A DNA stretch of 64,000 bases from Cetorhinus maximus (taxonomy: Eukaryota): NCBI RefSeq assembly GCF_964194155.1, contig NC_135902.1, positions 49,476,001 through 49,540,000 of the forward strand, read 5' to 3'. The position numbers and the translations under genes are program-made. Numbering within the stretch: the stretch's first letter is position 1; each line of letters opens with the position of its first letter. The notes below the pieces were generated by a model. The model saw nothing but the letters and a program-made list of their open reading frames with translations. It did not search any database and had not been told where the DNA came from. Shown here piece by piece: positions 12,826-25,557 of this stretch.

Positions 12826-14978
12826 TTAGAATTATTTTTTAAGTTAATAATTTAGGATTAGCAGAATCCTCTTTCATTTTTATTATATTTTTGATAATTT
12901 TTACAATTTCTTAATTTTCATAATCTACCCATAGCTTGCAGCTTTCCTCAACTCAGCCCTCACTTTATATTAATAACTTTAAAAACTCAGTTCCACTGAA
13001 CAACCATAATCAGTGAAGATCATGCCAAACAGTTTATATTATTCAGCAAAATTAAAACAAGCAAAGTTGATCCATTAATTCAGTGAGGGACAAAGACTAG
13101 GAAGGTCCCAGGTTTGATATGCAGCCGTTGCCGAAATGGCTAACTTCAGCCCAGACATAACAATAGGCCTCAGTATCCCTGGATTAAGGAGGGAACTGCT
13201 CCTGTACAATATTTAACAATTGCTGGAGGTGGCTACATGTGGGTAATAACAGACTCCAATGTAATATTTTTATGATTGAATAACCTTCCGATATTCACAG
13301 TTGGGGCTCATGTAGGTTTACAAGGTATTTGAGCAGGAGTAGGCCCATCGACCCATTAAGCCTGCTCCAACATTCAACAAGATCATGGCTGACCTGACTG
13401 AAGCCTTAACTCCATTTTCCGGTCTGAGCCCCATAACTCTGCTGTTTTATGGTTCCAACTCTTTTACTTTGACTCTATAAACAAACAGGGGTAACCTTCT
13501 GAACTGCCACTTTCTTTTAGGTGTTCTGGCCATCCCAAAAGCCCAGCATTTTAGTTACCCTACCTTCACAGCAACAATCTTCCCAGAACTAAACATTATC
13601 TCAAAAATATTAACATGAACCATGAACTAGATATTCATCACAACATAAGCATCAAATCAAATTTTATATACATAAAACAAATCATAATTCAATTAGTAAA
13701 GAATATATTAAAAAACGAGGAAAAAATGAGAAGTTGACTTCCGATACAGAAGCACCAAAAATGTATGAAAATAATGCTTCAAAATTAAGCATCAGCGAAA
13801 ATATTTGCAGAAAGGGAATAAAGTAAACTACACCAAACATTTTTCTTTGTGCATTCTTTCAGCCAAGTCTAATATCTTCTTGGAAATAAGGTTTGTAACA
13901 AAATAAAGACACAAATAAATAAAACATTTAAACTCTACAGTAGAGTTGGGAGTGAAGGATAGAAGGTGTTGGACTGAGAGATTTGGCCATATGGAAGGAC
14001 AATCATATTTTAAATAATTTTATGTAAAATGTATGATGTATAATTTTAAATAAAATTAATTTTAAATTAAATAAATTTAAACCAGTAATTGGCCAGTGAA
14101 AAATCATTGATTTGCTTTAGTATAATTAGTAAAGCTAGCTGAAGTGAAGGAGAGAGCTTCCCAAAACCTTCAAAGTTTTGTCACTCAGTAGCAGAAAGCA
14201 GTGAAATGGGGAAATCAGTCAGTTACCAGCTCCAAACCCAGGAACATTTCCCATGAACACCACAAGTTTAAAACGTTGGGACTATCCGTTAAAATTCTCC
14301 CCTCCCCCACCCAGCCTGCTCACATTAATAACGGTCTCAGCCAAAACGCTTCGCCAGTGAACTCATCTCTATCACATAGACTCTCCTTTCACTAACTTAT
14401 CACCCGCCTTTCCTCTCGGAGTTGCTGTGTTAGTCGGAAGGCCTCCTTGTCTTACAATTGCCAGCTCTTTTTTCCTCTCAAATCTTAGTACCCTCTGCAG
14501 TTTCAGCCTCTTCTGATTTAGAGGAAGACTTTTGGCTACCTTTCATTCCTGCCAACCAGTTTGTGCTAATTTCCAGTCTCTCATTGAGACCCCATTGTCT
14601 TGGGAATTTGTTTCACTCCTTTCTGTACTTGACCCTGCTGGCTCCTCAAATCTTCTCTTCTCTCCCTCAATGCCAGTGCCACCATTACATCCCAGATACT
14701 CTTCAAGAGTGGCAAGCCTCCCTCGATGTACCATTCTCACCAGCCACACAGAATCATTCTACTCTCTCCCCTGGTTGGCACCAATTCTTCCATTTATGAC
14801 TGCCAAAATCTCTCTTTGGTTCAGCTCCAGCTTCATTGCTCTTGTTGACTCCTGCATTTTTGGTATCAAAACTATCACAAAGGCATCAATTACTTTTCTG
14901 GTTCTTGTTCCACACTTTTCCATACATTCAAAACAAAAAGTGGACAATTGTTGGGAAAAGAGAAATTAAATATTGTTT

Positions 14979-15290
14979 ACAAGTAATCATTTGGTAGTAC
15001 AGAACTTGAGTAATGTTGAAAAAAAAATTTTGTAGAAGCTTGTCTTACACTCATCAAAACCATTGCAAAAATACCAATGACGGGGGAAGCAACAACTTTA
15101 AACCGTATAAGAGTGTGCTGATTGATTGGCAAACGGACGCTGATTGGTAGAGGGGTTGAAGAATGCAACAATCAGCACTCTCTTCTCATACAGTGCCAAG
15201 TTGTTGCTACCCCTGAAATTGGTATTCTTGTGATTGTCCTGATGAGTGCAAGACGAAAAGCTTTGACAAAATGTCTTTTTCCAGCAATAC
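14979..15290. mobile_element. head-to-head inverted pair of Penelope-like termini (family B)
   Basis: ~15006-15124 is a diverged reverse complement of ~15169-15290; 13-bp TSD ttaaatattgttt (14966-14978 / 15291-15303). Confidence 0.75.
15234..15269 (+). ncRNA. minimal type I hammerhead ribozyme motif
   Basis: ttgtc-CTGATGA-gt(gcaag)ac-GAAA-agct-TT-gacaa: 5-bp stem I, intact core, 2-bp stem II, palindromic stem III. Confidence 0.7.
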
Positions 15291-16065
15291 TTAAATATTG
15301 TTTGGAGAGTTAGTTATGGGTTGGGATAATATATTTGTTATTCTCTAACCAGACTTCACTGTCTAGCATACAAGACTGAACAGCACAAAGATCAACATTC
15401 AACTTCCAAATAACACCACTCTTATCAGCTCAAGGGAAAGCTCAAGCATAGGCTATAGCAAGTCTCCCTTCCCTTCTTCCATCTACAAAATTACCAAGCA
15501 TTCACCTGGACATACCCTGATGTTACAACCTAGATCATGATGCTTTCCACACAGTAAGCAGCAAACATGACTCCACGTAGTACCCCTCCATGGCACAGTG
15601 CACTGGCAAGCATCACAGTGCACTTTCAAAATGCCTGGAGAAAGAAACCCATTATTATGAAGTACACAGCAAGTTTGCATAATTAGGTTCTGAACAAGGT
15701 CAAACCTTGACTTACCACAACTAAATCGGAACATTTGCCAAATATGTTTTCACATGCTATACTGCAAAGATTATACCACTGAAAATCATGAAGAGGAAAA
15801 TAAAATCTTTCCTGCAGGAACTAGCAATCCCTGGTAACTATCAAACAAGCTATACATCAAAAAGAAAATACAAGTTTCTAAAACATTTTAAAAAACGACC
15901 CTTTTTGCAAAAAGGAAATATGACAAACTATTAATCATTTTTAGTGGTATTTGAGCCAAAATACTTAGAATATTGAACTGCTCTTGCATAGCACTCATCC
16001 CATTCAAAGACGGTGATTCATTTCCCATTTGGCAGCAGTTCAGCCTGTGAAGGCTGTCTACTACG

Positions 16066-16869
16066 GATCTTCTTTTTGCTATGGATGTGTGCGGATTCTT
16101 ACACCTGACTTTTTGCATTGCTATTGTTGCCAGCTGGTCAGACTAGACCTCGTCCTGTTTACCAGACACACTAAGGGTATCCTATTGGGAGTCAAATCTT
16201 GCAGCCAGTCTGGGAAGGTTTGCAATCTTGCATAGATTTAAAATTTTAAATGTATTCAGTCATAACCACAATTTATCAGTAAAAATACAGTCAAAATCAT
16301 TTGTGTACAAAACCAATAGAAAAAATATGCCTCTTAAAGTTTCACTCTGTTAATTTGGCATATGGTAAAAGACAATGTTAATTTTAAAAGATTTATTGAA
16401 GCAGTTTATTTATTCACCACACATTCCAGTGGCATACATTTGGATTTACTGCAATAGTTCCAACTGAGGATTGCTGGTTTTTAGGTAAAACTCTTGGCCC
16501 GTATTGCCTTAGCAGATGTACCGTAAACATTTCAAATGAAAGTAACGCTCAGAGATTCATATGCATGTAGTTAACCAAATGAAGTGAAAATTAAAATTGA
16601 TGCGGAAACAGCTTGTATAACACAAATGACTTGGTTCAACTTTTTACATTACCCTACAACAGACTATATCGAAAAGCTAAATGGATCAGTTTTATAGTAA
16701 ATCCGCTAATGCAAACCATCACTTCACCCAAGAACTTGTGCATTTACAGTGTCTGTAATTTTCTGAGTACAGTCAGCATACATATTGCTAATCAGATTTG
16801 GTTAAAAGAAATAGACAGACTAGCAGTCAGGTGTAAGAATCCGCACACATCCATAGCAAAAAGAAGATC
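16066..16869 (-). other. long-range RNA duplex: perfect 45-bp inverted repeat with 714-nt spacer
   Basis: 16066-16110 gatcttctttttgctatggatgtgtgcggattcttacacctgact is the exact reverse complement of 16825-16869; strand is inferred. Confidence 0.85.
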
Positions 16870-17151
16870 TATGTAGCGCAGCAATATCTGAACATCAGAT
16901 TATGGGCCACCTGTAGTATTCTAGCTCTGCAAGCCTAACCATGAAAACCCAGAGAACTCTGTTCTATTTATGACTATATTTTCAGTTTGAACATTGTGGA
17001 CCTGAAGATTTGGAAAAGCTTGCACTCAGCGCTGTTGCCTCTTTGGTAGATAAATCTTCAATCATAATAACAAGATCTGTTAATGTCAGTATCTTGAGAT
17101 GCATGAGATTGTGTGATTCCCGAGGCTCTATGGAATTAAGGTACATGGATA

Positions 17152-17535
17152 AAAGCAATTTGTATTTTGTAGTGCCTTTATTGTAATAAAAAGTCCCAAG
17201 ACACTTCACAGGAGTATCATTAAACAAAATTTAACACCGAGCTACACAAGGAGATATTAGGACAGATAATCAAAACTTGCTCAAAAAGGTAGTTCTTAAG
17301 AAGCATCTTGAAGCAGGAGAGAGGATTCAGCTGGAGAGATTTAGGGGGAGAATTCCAGAGCTTAGGGCCTTGCCATCTGAAGGCATGACTGCCAATGGTG
17401 AAGCAACTAAAATCAGGAATGCTCAAGAGACCAGAACTGGAGAAGCACCAAGATCCTTGGAGAACTATAGGGCTAGGCAAGATTATAGAGAGGAGCAAGG
17501 CCATGGAGGGATTTGAAAGTGTTTTAAAACAGAGA
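17152..17535 (-). mobile_element. L2 LINE 3' end
   Basis: ORF 17220-17606(-) contains SSSGLLSIPDF...GPKLWNSPP...FKMLLKNYLF. Confidence 0.85.
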
Positions 17536-17949
17536 CAGTACTTAAGCAGGGATGAAGGCCAGTGGACAGAGCTCGGGGGTGGGTGGGAAGGTGGTGGGGT
17601 TGACACCTGGCCCTATGTGGTGCACCAATTGCCGAAAACACGTTCAACAGGGCACATAAAATCCAGTCCTTTGCTGAGTTCAGGTGCTGACTGGTGAAAG
17701 GACACTTTTGCCAAAGATGTGGTTGTCCAATAAAAATAAATATTGCTACCTAAAACCAATACTTAAAAATTGCAAATGAGGTCAGTTTGGTTCCTTTTTG
17801 ACTTTTGGAAGATTACAAAATAACGCAATCAGTTTACAAAGTCATCCTAACAAGTATCCAACAACAGGTCAATAAAATCAACTTGAGACGGTCTTGGATT
17901 GCTTAAAAAAAGTTACTGTTTTCATATAAGAAGTGAAGGTTTTCCCTTC

Positions 17950-18095
17950 ATAACAGCACTGTGGATGTAGCTACACCACATCGACTGCAGTGGCTCAAGA
18001 AGGCAGCTCACCACCACCTTCTCAAGGGCAACTAGGGATGGGCAATAAATGCTGGCCCAGCCAGCGAAGCCCACATCCCGTGAATGAATTTTTAA
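17950..18095 (+). mobile_element. 3' tail of the CR1-type family of 46441-49595
   Basis: ctcaagggcaactagggatgggcaataaatgctggcccagccagc is near-identical to 49519-49563. Confidence 0.9.
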
Positions 18096-19164
18096 AAAGC
18101 CAGGAATCAGTTGCTCAAAAAGTCTATACCAGAAAACCACCACCAATGTTGACTTTGAAAAATTGCCACAACTGGTGAGGAAAGGAGAGGGACAATTTCT
18201 GCAAATCAATACTTTCTCGAATACACTTCCAAAACACGTTATTTTGGCCAGGCTAGCTTGCATTTTAAATGTGTTAAATGTTAGTTGGCAATTGTATTTT
18301 CAGTTAATGATGTAACTGCGTACAAGATATTTACAGACAGTTCTAGTAAGATCCTACAGAATTTCTTTGCAAGATAAAACTGCCCCTTTAACTGAAATAA
18401 TTCTGCCATCAACCTTCTGATTTACAATGTACACAGAAATGTGGTAAGAGTGTAGGGACAGACAGCCATAACCAAACAGTCTGCGCTGATCCAAACTGTC
18501 TGCAAAACTGAAAACAAAGCAGATCTATTCAAACTTCTATGCTGGCCTAATGGGTAATAAGAACTGCCCAATGTAGCACTAAACCATACAAACCAGAAGA
18601 TCTCAAGATAAAATTCGCTTTTAGTGTTGCACTGGTTGATTTCAGTTAGGGCACAATAATTGGTATCAGTGCATTCAAATTAGTAGGATCAAAAGTCACG
18701 TTGGGTGCCAGTTCCAGATCCCTACTCTGTGACCCACAATAAAATTGGGGATAAACTGTCTACAGTTACTGGAAAAACAAATGTCAAGGCAACAAGTGAA
18801 TACCACATAATCCATATAAATGTTCACAAGCCCAAATTTTTAAAAATCCTTTCACTATTTCAAGGTTTAGGAACCCAATACTCTGTGGAGCTGAATCTTA
18901 GAGAGATTTATGCATGTATTTTTTAAAAGTGTGTCATAGAAACCTGCAGCACCAGAGGCAACCAACCACCACTTTGCTCCTGTGCACCCTCTTCAAAAGA
19001 ACAAATCGAGTTAGTAGAACTTACCTACTCTTTCCTCATAGACCTGTAATGTTTCCTTGTTAAAGTATTTATCCAATTCCCTTTTGAAAGTTACTACTGA
19101 ATCTTCCACCACTTTTTCAAATAGTGCAATAGAGGTCAGAACAACTCGCTGCTTAAATTTTATT

Positions 19165-20305
19165 TTTTTTTAATTCATTCATGGGATGTGGACAGCACTG
19201 GTTGGGATAGCATTTATTGCCCATCTCTAATCGTCCTTGAGGAGATGGTGGTGAGCTGCTTTCTTCAACTGCTGCAGTCCATGTGGTGTAGGTATACCCA
19301 CAGTGTTGTTAGGGAGGGGCTACCAGGATTTTGACCCATTGACTGTGAAGGAATGACAATATATTTCAAGTCAGGATGGTGAGTGGCTTGGAGGGGAACT
19401 TCCAGGTGGTGGTGTTCCCATGTGTCTGCCCTTGTCCTTCTAGATGGTAGCGCACGTGGGTTTGGAATGTGCTGCCTAAGGAGCCTTGGTGAGTTCCTGC
19501 AGTGCATCTTGTAGGTGGTACACACTGCTGCCACTGAGCATCAGTGATGGAGGGAGTGAATATTTGTGGAAGGGGTGCCAATCATGCAGGCTGCTTTGCC
19601 CTGGATGATGTCAAGCTTTTTGAGTGTTGTTAGAGATGCACTCACCCAGGCACGTGGAGTGTCTTCCATCACACTCCACACCTGTGCCTTGTAGATGGTG
19701 GACAGGCTTTGGGGAGTCAGGGGGAGAGTTACTCGCCACAGGATTCCTAGCCTCTGACCTGTTCTTGTAGTCACAGTATTTATGTGGCTAGTCCAGTTCA
19801 GCTTCTGGTCAATGGTAACCCACAGAATGTTGATAGTGGGAGATTCAGTGATGGTAATGTCATAGAATGTCAAGGGGCGATGATTAAATTCTCTCTTGTT
19901 GAAGGTGGTAGGACACTACCCTGAGGAACTCCTGCAGTGATGTCCTGGAACTGAGATAATTGACCTCCAACAACCACAGCCATCTTCCTTTGTGTTAGGT
20001 ATGACTAACCAGCGGAGATTCCACCTCCCCCCTCCATTCCCATTGACTTCAATTTTGCAAGGGCTCCTGGATGCCACACTTGGTCAAACGCAGCCTTGAT
20101 GTCAAGGGCAGTCACTCTCACCTCACCACTGGAGTTCAGCTCTTTTGTCCATGTTTGAACCAAGGCTGTGATGACGTCAGGTGCCGGAACCCAAACCTAG
20201 CGTCAGCACCTTATGGTTACCCAGCCTTGAGCTGTTAAGTCTTTTCGAAATCTATCCCATTTAGCACGGTGGTAGTGGCACACAACATGATGGAGGATAT
20301 ACTCA
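19165..20305 (-). mobile_element. CR1-type LINE (46441 family), internally deleted 3' portion
   Basis: Minus ORF 19541-19873 (ESPTINILWVTIDQKLNW...LSTIYKAQV) matches 48890-49250. Confidence 0.9.
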
Positions 20306-20459
20306 ACCTCCCCTCTGCTTCTTTCACACATTATCTTAAGTACGTGTCCTCTGATTACCAACACTCCCGCCAGCATGAACAGTTTCTGTGCATAATGCAA
20401 TATTTCCATGGATCATTTCACTATGTATTGTAATGAGGCAAAGATGAGAAAGTTCCAAG

Positions 20460-22755
20460 ACTTGATCAATTAAGAGACTGTGATCATTGTATCGTAAGGT
20501 TTAGGATGACGGTAGAAAAGGACAAAAGGCAATTCAGAGCAAGAATAATTAACTGGGGGAGAGCAGACTTTAATGGGGCGAGAACAGAGCTGAGCCAGAT
20601 AGACTGGAATGAAAGGTTGGAGAGAAAAACAATGGCCTATCTTCACAAAAAGAAATGGTTCGGGTACATTCAAGGTATATTTACTCAGAAGGGAATGGTA
20701 GGGCAAACAAATTCAGAGCTCCCTGGATGAAAAGGAGATAGAAATTAAGATAAAGAAAAAAAGTGTGTTTATGGCCGGTGTCAGGTAGAAAATACAATTG
20801 AGAACCAAGTGAAATAAAGAAGGTTCAGAGGAAAGGTGAAGAAGCAAATAAGAGGAGCAAAGAGAGATTATGAGAAAATACTGGCAGCCAACATAAAGGG
20901 GAATCCCAAAGTCTTCTATAGGCACATACATAATAAAAGGATGGTAAAAGGAGGAGGAGTAGGGCTCATTAGGGACCAAAAAGGAGCTTTACACATGGAG
21001 GCGGGGGCATGGCTGAGATGTTAAATGAATACTTTGCATCTGTCTTTACCAAGGAAGATGTTACCCAGGCCATGGTGACAGAGGAGGCAACTCTGTCACT
21101 AGAAGGGTTCAAAATTGATAAGGAGCAAGCATTGGATAAACTGTCGGTACTTAAGGTTGACAAAGCACCAGGACCGGATGAAATGCATCGAAGGATATTA
21201 AAGGAAGTGAGAGTGGAAATTGCATGGGCACTGGCCATAATCTTTCAGTCTTCCCTAGACTCAGGGGAGGTGCCAGAGGACTGGAGAATTTCAAACATTA
21301 CACGCTCGCTCAGAAAAGGTTGTAAGGGTGAGCCCAGCAATTACAGGCCAATCAGTTTAACTTGAGTGATGGTGAAGCTTCTAGAAACAATTATTCAGGA
21401 TAGAATTAGTAATCACATGGAAAAACATGGGTTGATTAGGAAGAGCCAGCATGGATTTCTAAAGGGGAAATCGTGTTTAACTAACTTGGAGTTTTTTGAA
21501 GAGGCAATCGAGAGAGGTTGATGAAAGTAATGCTGTTGATGTGGTGTACATGGACTTTTAAAAGACATTCAACGCAGTGCCATATAGACTTGTGAGAAAC
21601 GTTATAGCTCATGGAATAAAAGGGACAGTAGTAATGTGGATACAAAATTGGCTGAGTATAAAAGGGACAGTAGTAATGTGGATACAAAATTGGCTGAGTA
21701 ACAGGAAACAGACAGTAATAGTCAACAGATACTTTTCGGGCTGGAGGAAGGTTTGTAGTGGAGTTACCCAGGGGTCGGTATTGGGACCCTTGCTTTTCCT
21801 GATAAGATATTGATGACCCAGATCTTGGTGTGCAGGGAACAATTTCGAAGTTTGCGGGTGATACGAACCTTGGAAGTATTGTAAACTGTGAAGGAGGACA
21901 GTGTGGAACTTCAAAAAGGACAGACAAATTGGTGCAGTAAGCAGATAGGTGACAGATGAAGTTCAATGTGGAGAAGTGTGAGGTGATTCATTTTGGTAGG
22001 AAGATCATGGAGAGACAATATAAAATAAGGTGCCCAATTCTTAAGGGTATGCAGGAACAGAGAGACCTGGGTGTATATATGCATAGATCATTGAAGGTGG
22101 CAGGACAGGTGGAGAGAGCAGTAAATAAAGCATACATTATCCTAGGCTTTATTAATAGGGGCATAGTGTATTGGAGCAAGGAGGCTATGCTATGCTTATA
22201 TACGACACTAGGCAGACCTCAGCTGGAGCAGTTTGTACAGTTCTGGGTGCCACATTATAGGAAGGATGCAAATGCGTGGGAGAGAGTGCAGAAGAGGTTT
22301 ACAAGAATGGTTCCAGGGATGAGAAACTTCAATTATGAAGATAGGTTGGAGAGGTTGGGGCTGTTCCCCTTGGAGAGGAGAAGGCTAAGAGGAGATTTGA
22401 TAGAGATATTCAAAATCGTGAGGGGGCTGGATAAAGTAGATAGGGAGAAACTGTTCCTGCTTGTAAAAGGATCAAGAACGAAAAGGCACAGATTTAAAGT
22501 GATTTATAAAAAAAGCAAATGTGATGTGAGAAAAAACTTTCTATTCAGCAAGTGGTTCACCGGATGCACTGCCTGGAAGTGTGGTGGAGGCAGGGTCAAT
22601 CGACACATTCAAGGGGGCATTAGAAGAGTGTTTTTATTCAAATAATGTGCAAGGGTACATGGAAAAGGCAGAAGAATAGCACGAAGTTATGCCGGCGTAG
22701 GCATGATGGGCTGAATGGCTTCCTTCTGTGCTATAACAATTCTGTGATTCTGTGA
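20460..22755 (+). mobile_element. CR1 LINE, most of ORF2, decayed
   Basis: ORFs with [27 protein letters not shown] and 21956-22645 (RRLRGDLIEIFK); ends acaattctgtgattctgtga. Confidence 0.95.
21616..21699 (+). repeat. 42-bp tandem duplication inside CR1 RT
   Basis: ataaaagggacagtagtaatgtggatacaaaattggctgagt x2 ([14 protein letters not shown] twice). Confidence 0.95.
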
Positions 22756-22929
22756 ATGAAGCTTATCTGAAATAATATACATTGTCAAACTCCCAAGTTC
22801 ATATATCTGAATAAAGTACCAGAGGCTTACTAGCAGCCATGAAAGCATATCTCAGCTTGAGTGACCATTTTCAGGAAAGGAGATAGGAGTGAAAGAGAAA
22901 AGTATTTTGCAGGATCCTGTACAACACAG

Positions 22930-23320
22930 TGCAATTTATGGTAATTCGGCATAGTAAGATTAGTGGGTTAGTGCCAGAGAATGGTAGATGTGAAGGAATC
23001 AAAACAAGGACTTGTTTCTACTGCTTTGGGAAAATTAAGCAACATATGGAAGGCTAAAGGTATTTTCGTAAATCCAAATGTAAAGTTTATGAAGCAACTG
23101 TTATCCCTACATTATATGGATCTGAATGTTCGACATGAGAAAGGTTGCTGAGCAAAAAATACCAGCAGCAGCGATGAGATGGTTGAGAGGAATACTAGGA
23201 TTATCTAGGATGCAAAGGTCTAAGAATTAAATAAGAACTTAGCTTAGGCAAGAAATAAAGCTAATAAGAATAATAAGCTAACAAGAAAGATGACTGTAAT
23301 TGTTTGGGCATTTCTCAAGC
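22930..23320 (+). mobile_element. RTE-clade LINE relic (C-terminus)
   Basis: Frameshifted translation GKLSNIWK / KVYEATVIPTLYGSEC / MRWLRGILGLS / LFGHF fits RTE motifs (LLYGSETW, CLRRILGI, WFGH). Confidence 0.75.
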
Positions 23321-23659
23321 TTGGTAACAGCCGAGAATTCATGGGGCCTCATCATCACTACTGAGCTGATGAACAGAATTTAGTTGAAGAAGCAGTCGGA
23401 ACACAAGTTGTCTGAGATATCACAGGTGTAAACCCATACCTCCAAGTATCTGATCTCATCATTTCAGTGGGGTAACAGGCAAAACCCATGTCTTTTCAGA
23501 GAGTCAGTAGGTACTGTCATGAACATCTCTTGCACAATTCCTAATGGTGCATTCAAGACAACATTGGATGTCCAAGAGTAAGCTGCCAGCTCTCAGACAT
23601 AATTAGTGCATGATATGAAAACCTGCTGTAGGTTGTGTCGAGGAAACGGATATCATCAG

Positions 23660-23940
23660 TCAACCTCATTAAAACAGGTTATCTAGTCATTTAACACATA
23701 GCTGTTTATGGGCCCTTGCTGTACTTATTTCCCTATATTACAACAAGGACTCCACTTTATAAAGTACTTTGATTAGTTGTAAAGTGCTTTGGGACATCCA
23801 AAGATGATAAAAAGTGCTATATAAATGCAAGTTCTATCTCTTTTTTTCTATACCACAAAACATCAAGAAAGGGTCATAAAAGTGCTATATAAATGCAAGT
23901 TCTAACTTGTTTTTTCCTATGCCACAAAACATCAATATAG
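23660..23940 (+). mobile_element. DeuSINE 3' tail followed by ~70-bp tandem duplication
   Basis: tgtaaagtgctttgggacatcc tail; aaaagtgctatataaatgcaagttcta...ccacaaaacatcaa occurs twice (~23809 and ~23878). Confidence 0.7.
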
Positions 23941-25557
23941 GATAAAAGTGGAAAATAATCCGAAAAGTCAAAGTAAATTATGTACTTCAACTACACCACA
24001 GAATTAATTCATAAATGCCAATAATTTGCTGTTGGTTATATTTTAATCATTCCTTTCATCCGTGTGTTCAAGAATTTAATATATTTCATATAAAATGAAA
24101 GCTGAATTTTACATTGTGCAAGTCTATGGCTGTTGTTTTGATTAGATTAAGTGCGCGCTGTACGGTCTGTTCAGTGATGAGGGATGTGGTTAAGAAAGTG
24201 CTCGACTGGAATCTGGCTAAACAATTAGTAAATGCTGCACCCGAGTCAGTACATGACTGTTTCCACGGCTCAACCTCAATACAGTATTTAGGCGAAGCAG
24301 CTCAGTGACATGGAGAGGAAATGATCATAAACCAGATTTGCAATCTCCACATTGTATATTGGTCCACCACCCCTTCCTTAATTAAAAATCTTAGTTTATA
24401 CAGAAATGAACCTATTAAAAACATTATAGGCCTAGACACACTTAATACTTAGAAGTAAATCAAACTAACTTACAGTAAAATACCAGCTTCACATTATAGA
24501 ACAAGTACAGTATTTGAAAAACATCAAGTTTTGTTTGAACATAAAAACTCTTAAAAAGCCAGCATTAGCCTATTGAACAGAACTATTTTCAAATAATAGG
24601 TACAAATGTTCAGGATTAAGTATGGACAGAAGTGAAACACATAATAGGAGGTATGCGAAATATTCAAAGTTGGCAGTGAAGATCTTCAACCATTTTTGGA
24701 AATGGTCTCCCTCTACTGCTAGTTTTGGCTCAGTGAAGTATGGATTGATTTGTTTCCCTTTCTTCAGGCATGCATGTATACTAAATATCTTAAAACAAAA
24801 CCAGTCTCAGAAACATCAGATGTGTTAGCTCAACAGAGCTTTGAGCTTTTAAAATTACAATACCACTAGTTCTCCTCTATCAGCACATTCCCATTGAGAC
24901 TTGTGGAAATTCTGCAAACGTATTTACTATAACTAAGTTTCTGAAACTTTGTATGTGCTGAAATACCATATGCTAATGTACTGCAAAGAAAGGCCCAAAA
25001 GGAATATAAGATGGCATCTAGCTCCTTCTTACTGTATCCCCGTTAACAGTGTCTTCTGCAGTTTGAAATTGAGTGATTTTCTATTGCACATGACTGAAAA
25101 GGGGAAAGACAGCTGCGAGTGAAGGAAAACAAAGGGAGCATATGTTTACTCACTGAAGTGTGCTCTAATTTGGATCACAATACTTATGCCAAAGCTAAAA
25201 GGTATCAGGAAAAACTTGCTTCATTCTAGATGGCTACATAATCCTGTCATTAGTATCTTTATACATACTGATGAACATAAATCTGTTCAGGTAGCATTCC
25301 CCCACGCAGCACCCCTCCCCCTCCCCAACTCCAGATTTGACCAACAGTCACTTCTGCGCCTCAGAAAATAATGTGTTTAAGGGGAAATGGAAACCATAAT
25401 ACGCAATTAAAATATTTCTGAAGGCAGCCAAGCAAGATTGACAGCATTTGTATAACATATTTATCAGAATTCTCTCTCAAACAAGATAAATTTTGTAAAA
25501 TGAAGTCCATTTAAATTGCATGGTAACAAAGAAATGTTCATAAGGCGGGCACAAAGT

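Noticed and set aside
16653-16870. Identification as the ADARB1 auto-editing site
   Set aside because: No ADARB1 coding exon follows the AA site; the similarity is mechanistic only.
15888-16876. ORFs 15888-16118(-) and 16613-16876(+) sharing VRCKNPHTSIAKRRS as paralogous peptides
   Set aside because: Translation by-product of the DNA inverted repeat.
16986-17140. Plus-strand exon-like segment ttttcag|...AG|gtacat with one open frame
   Set aside because: Peptide unrecognised and opposite to the other, minus-strand, signals.
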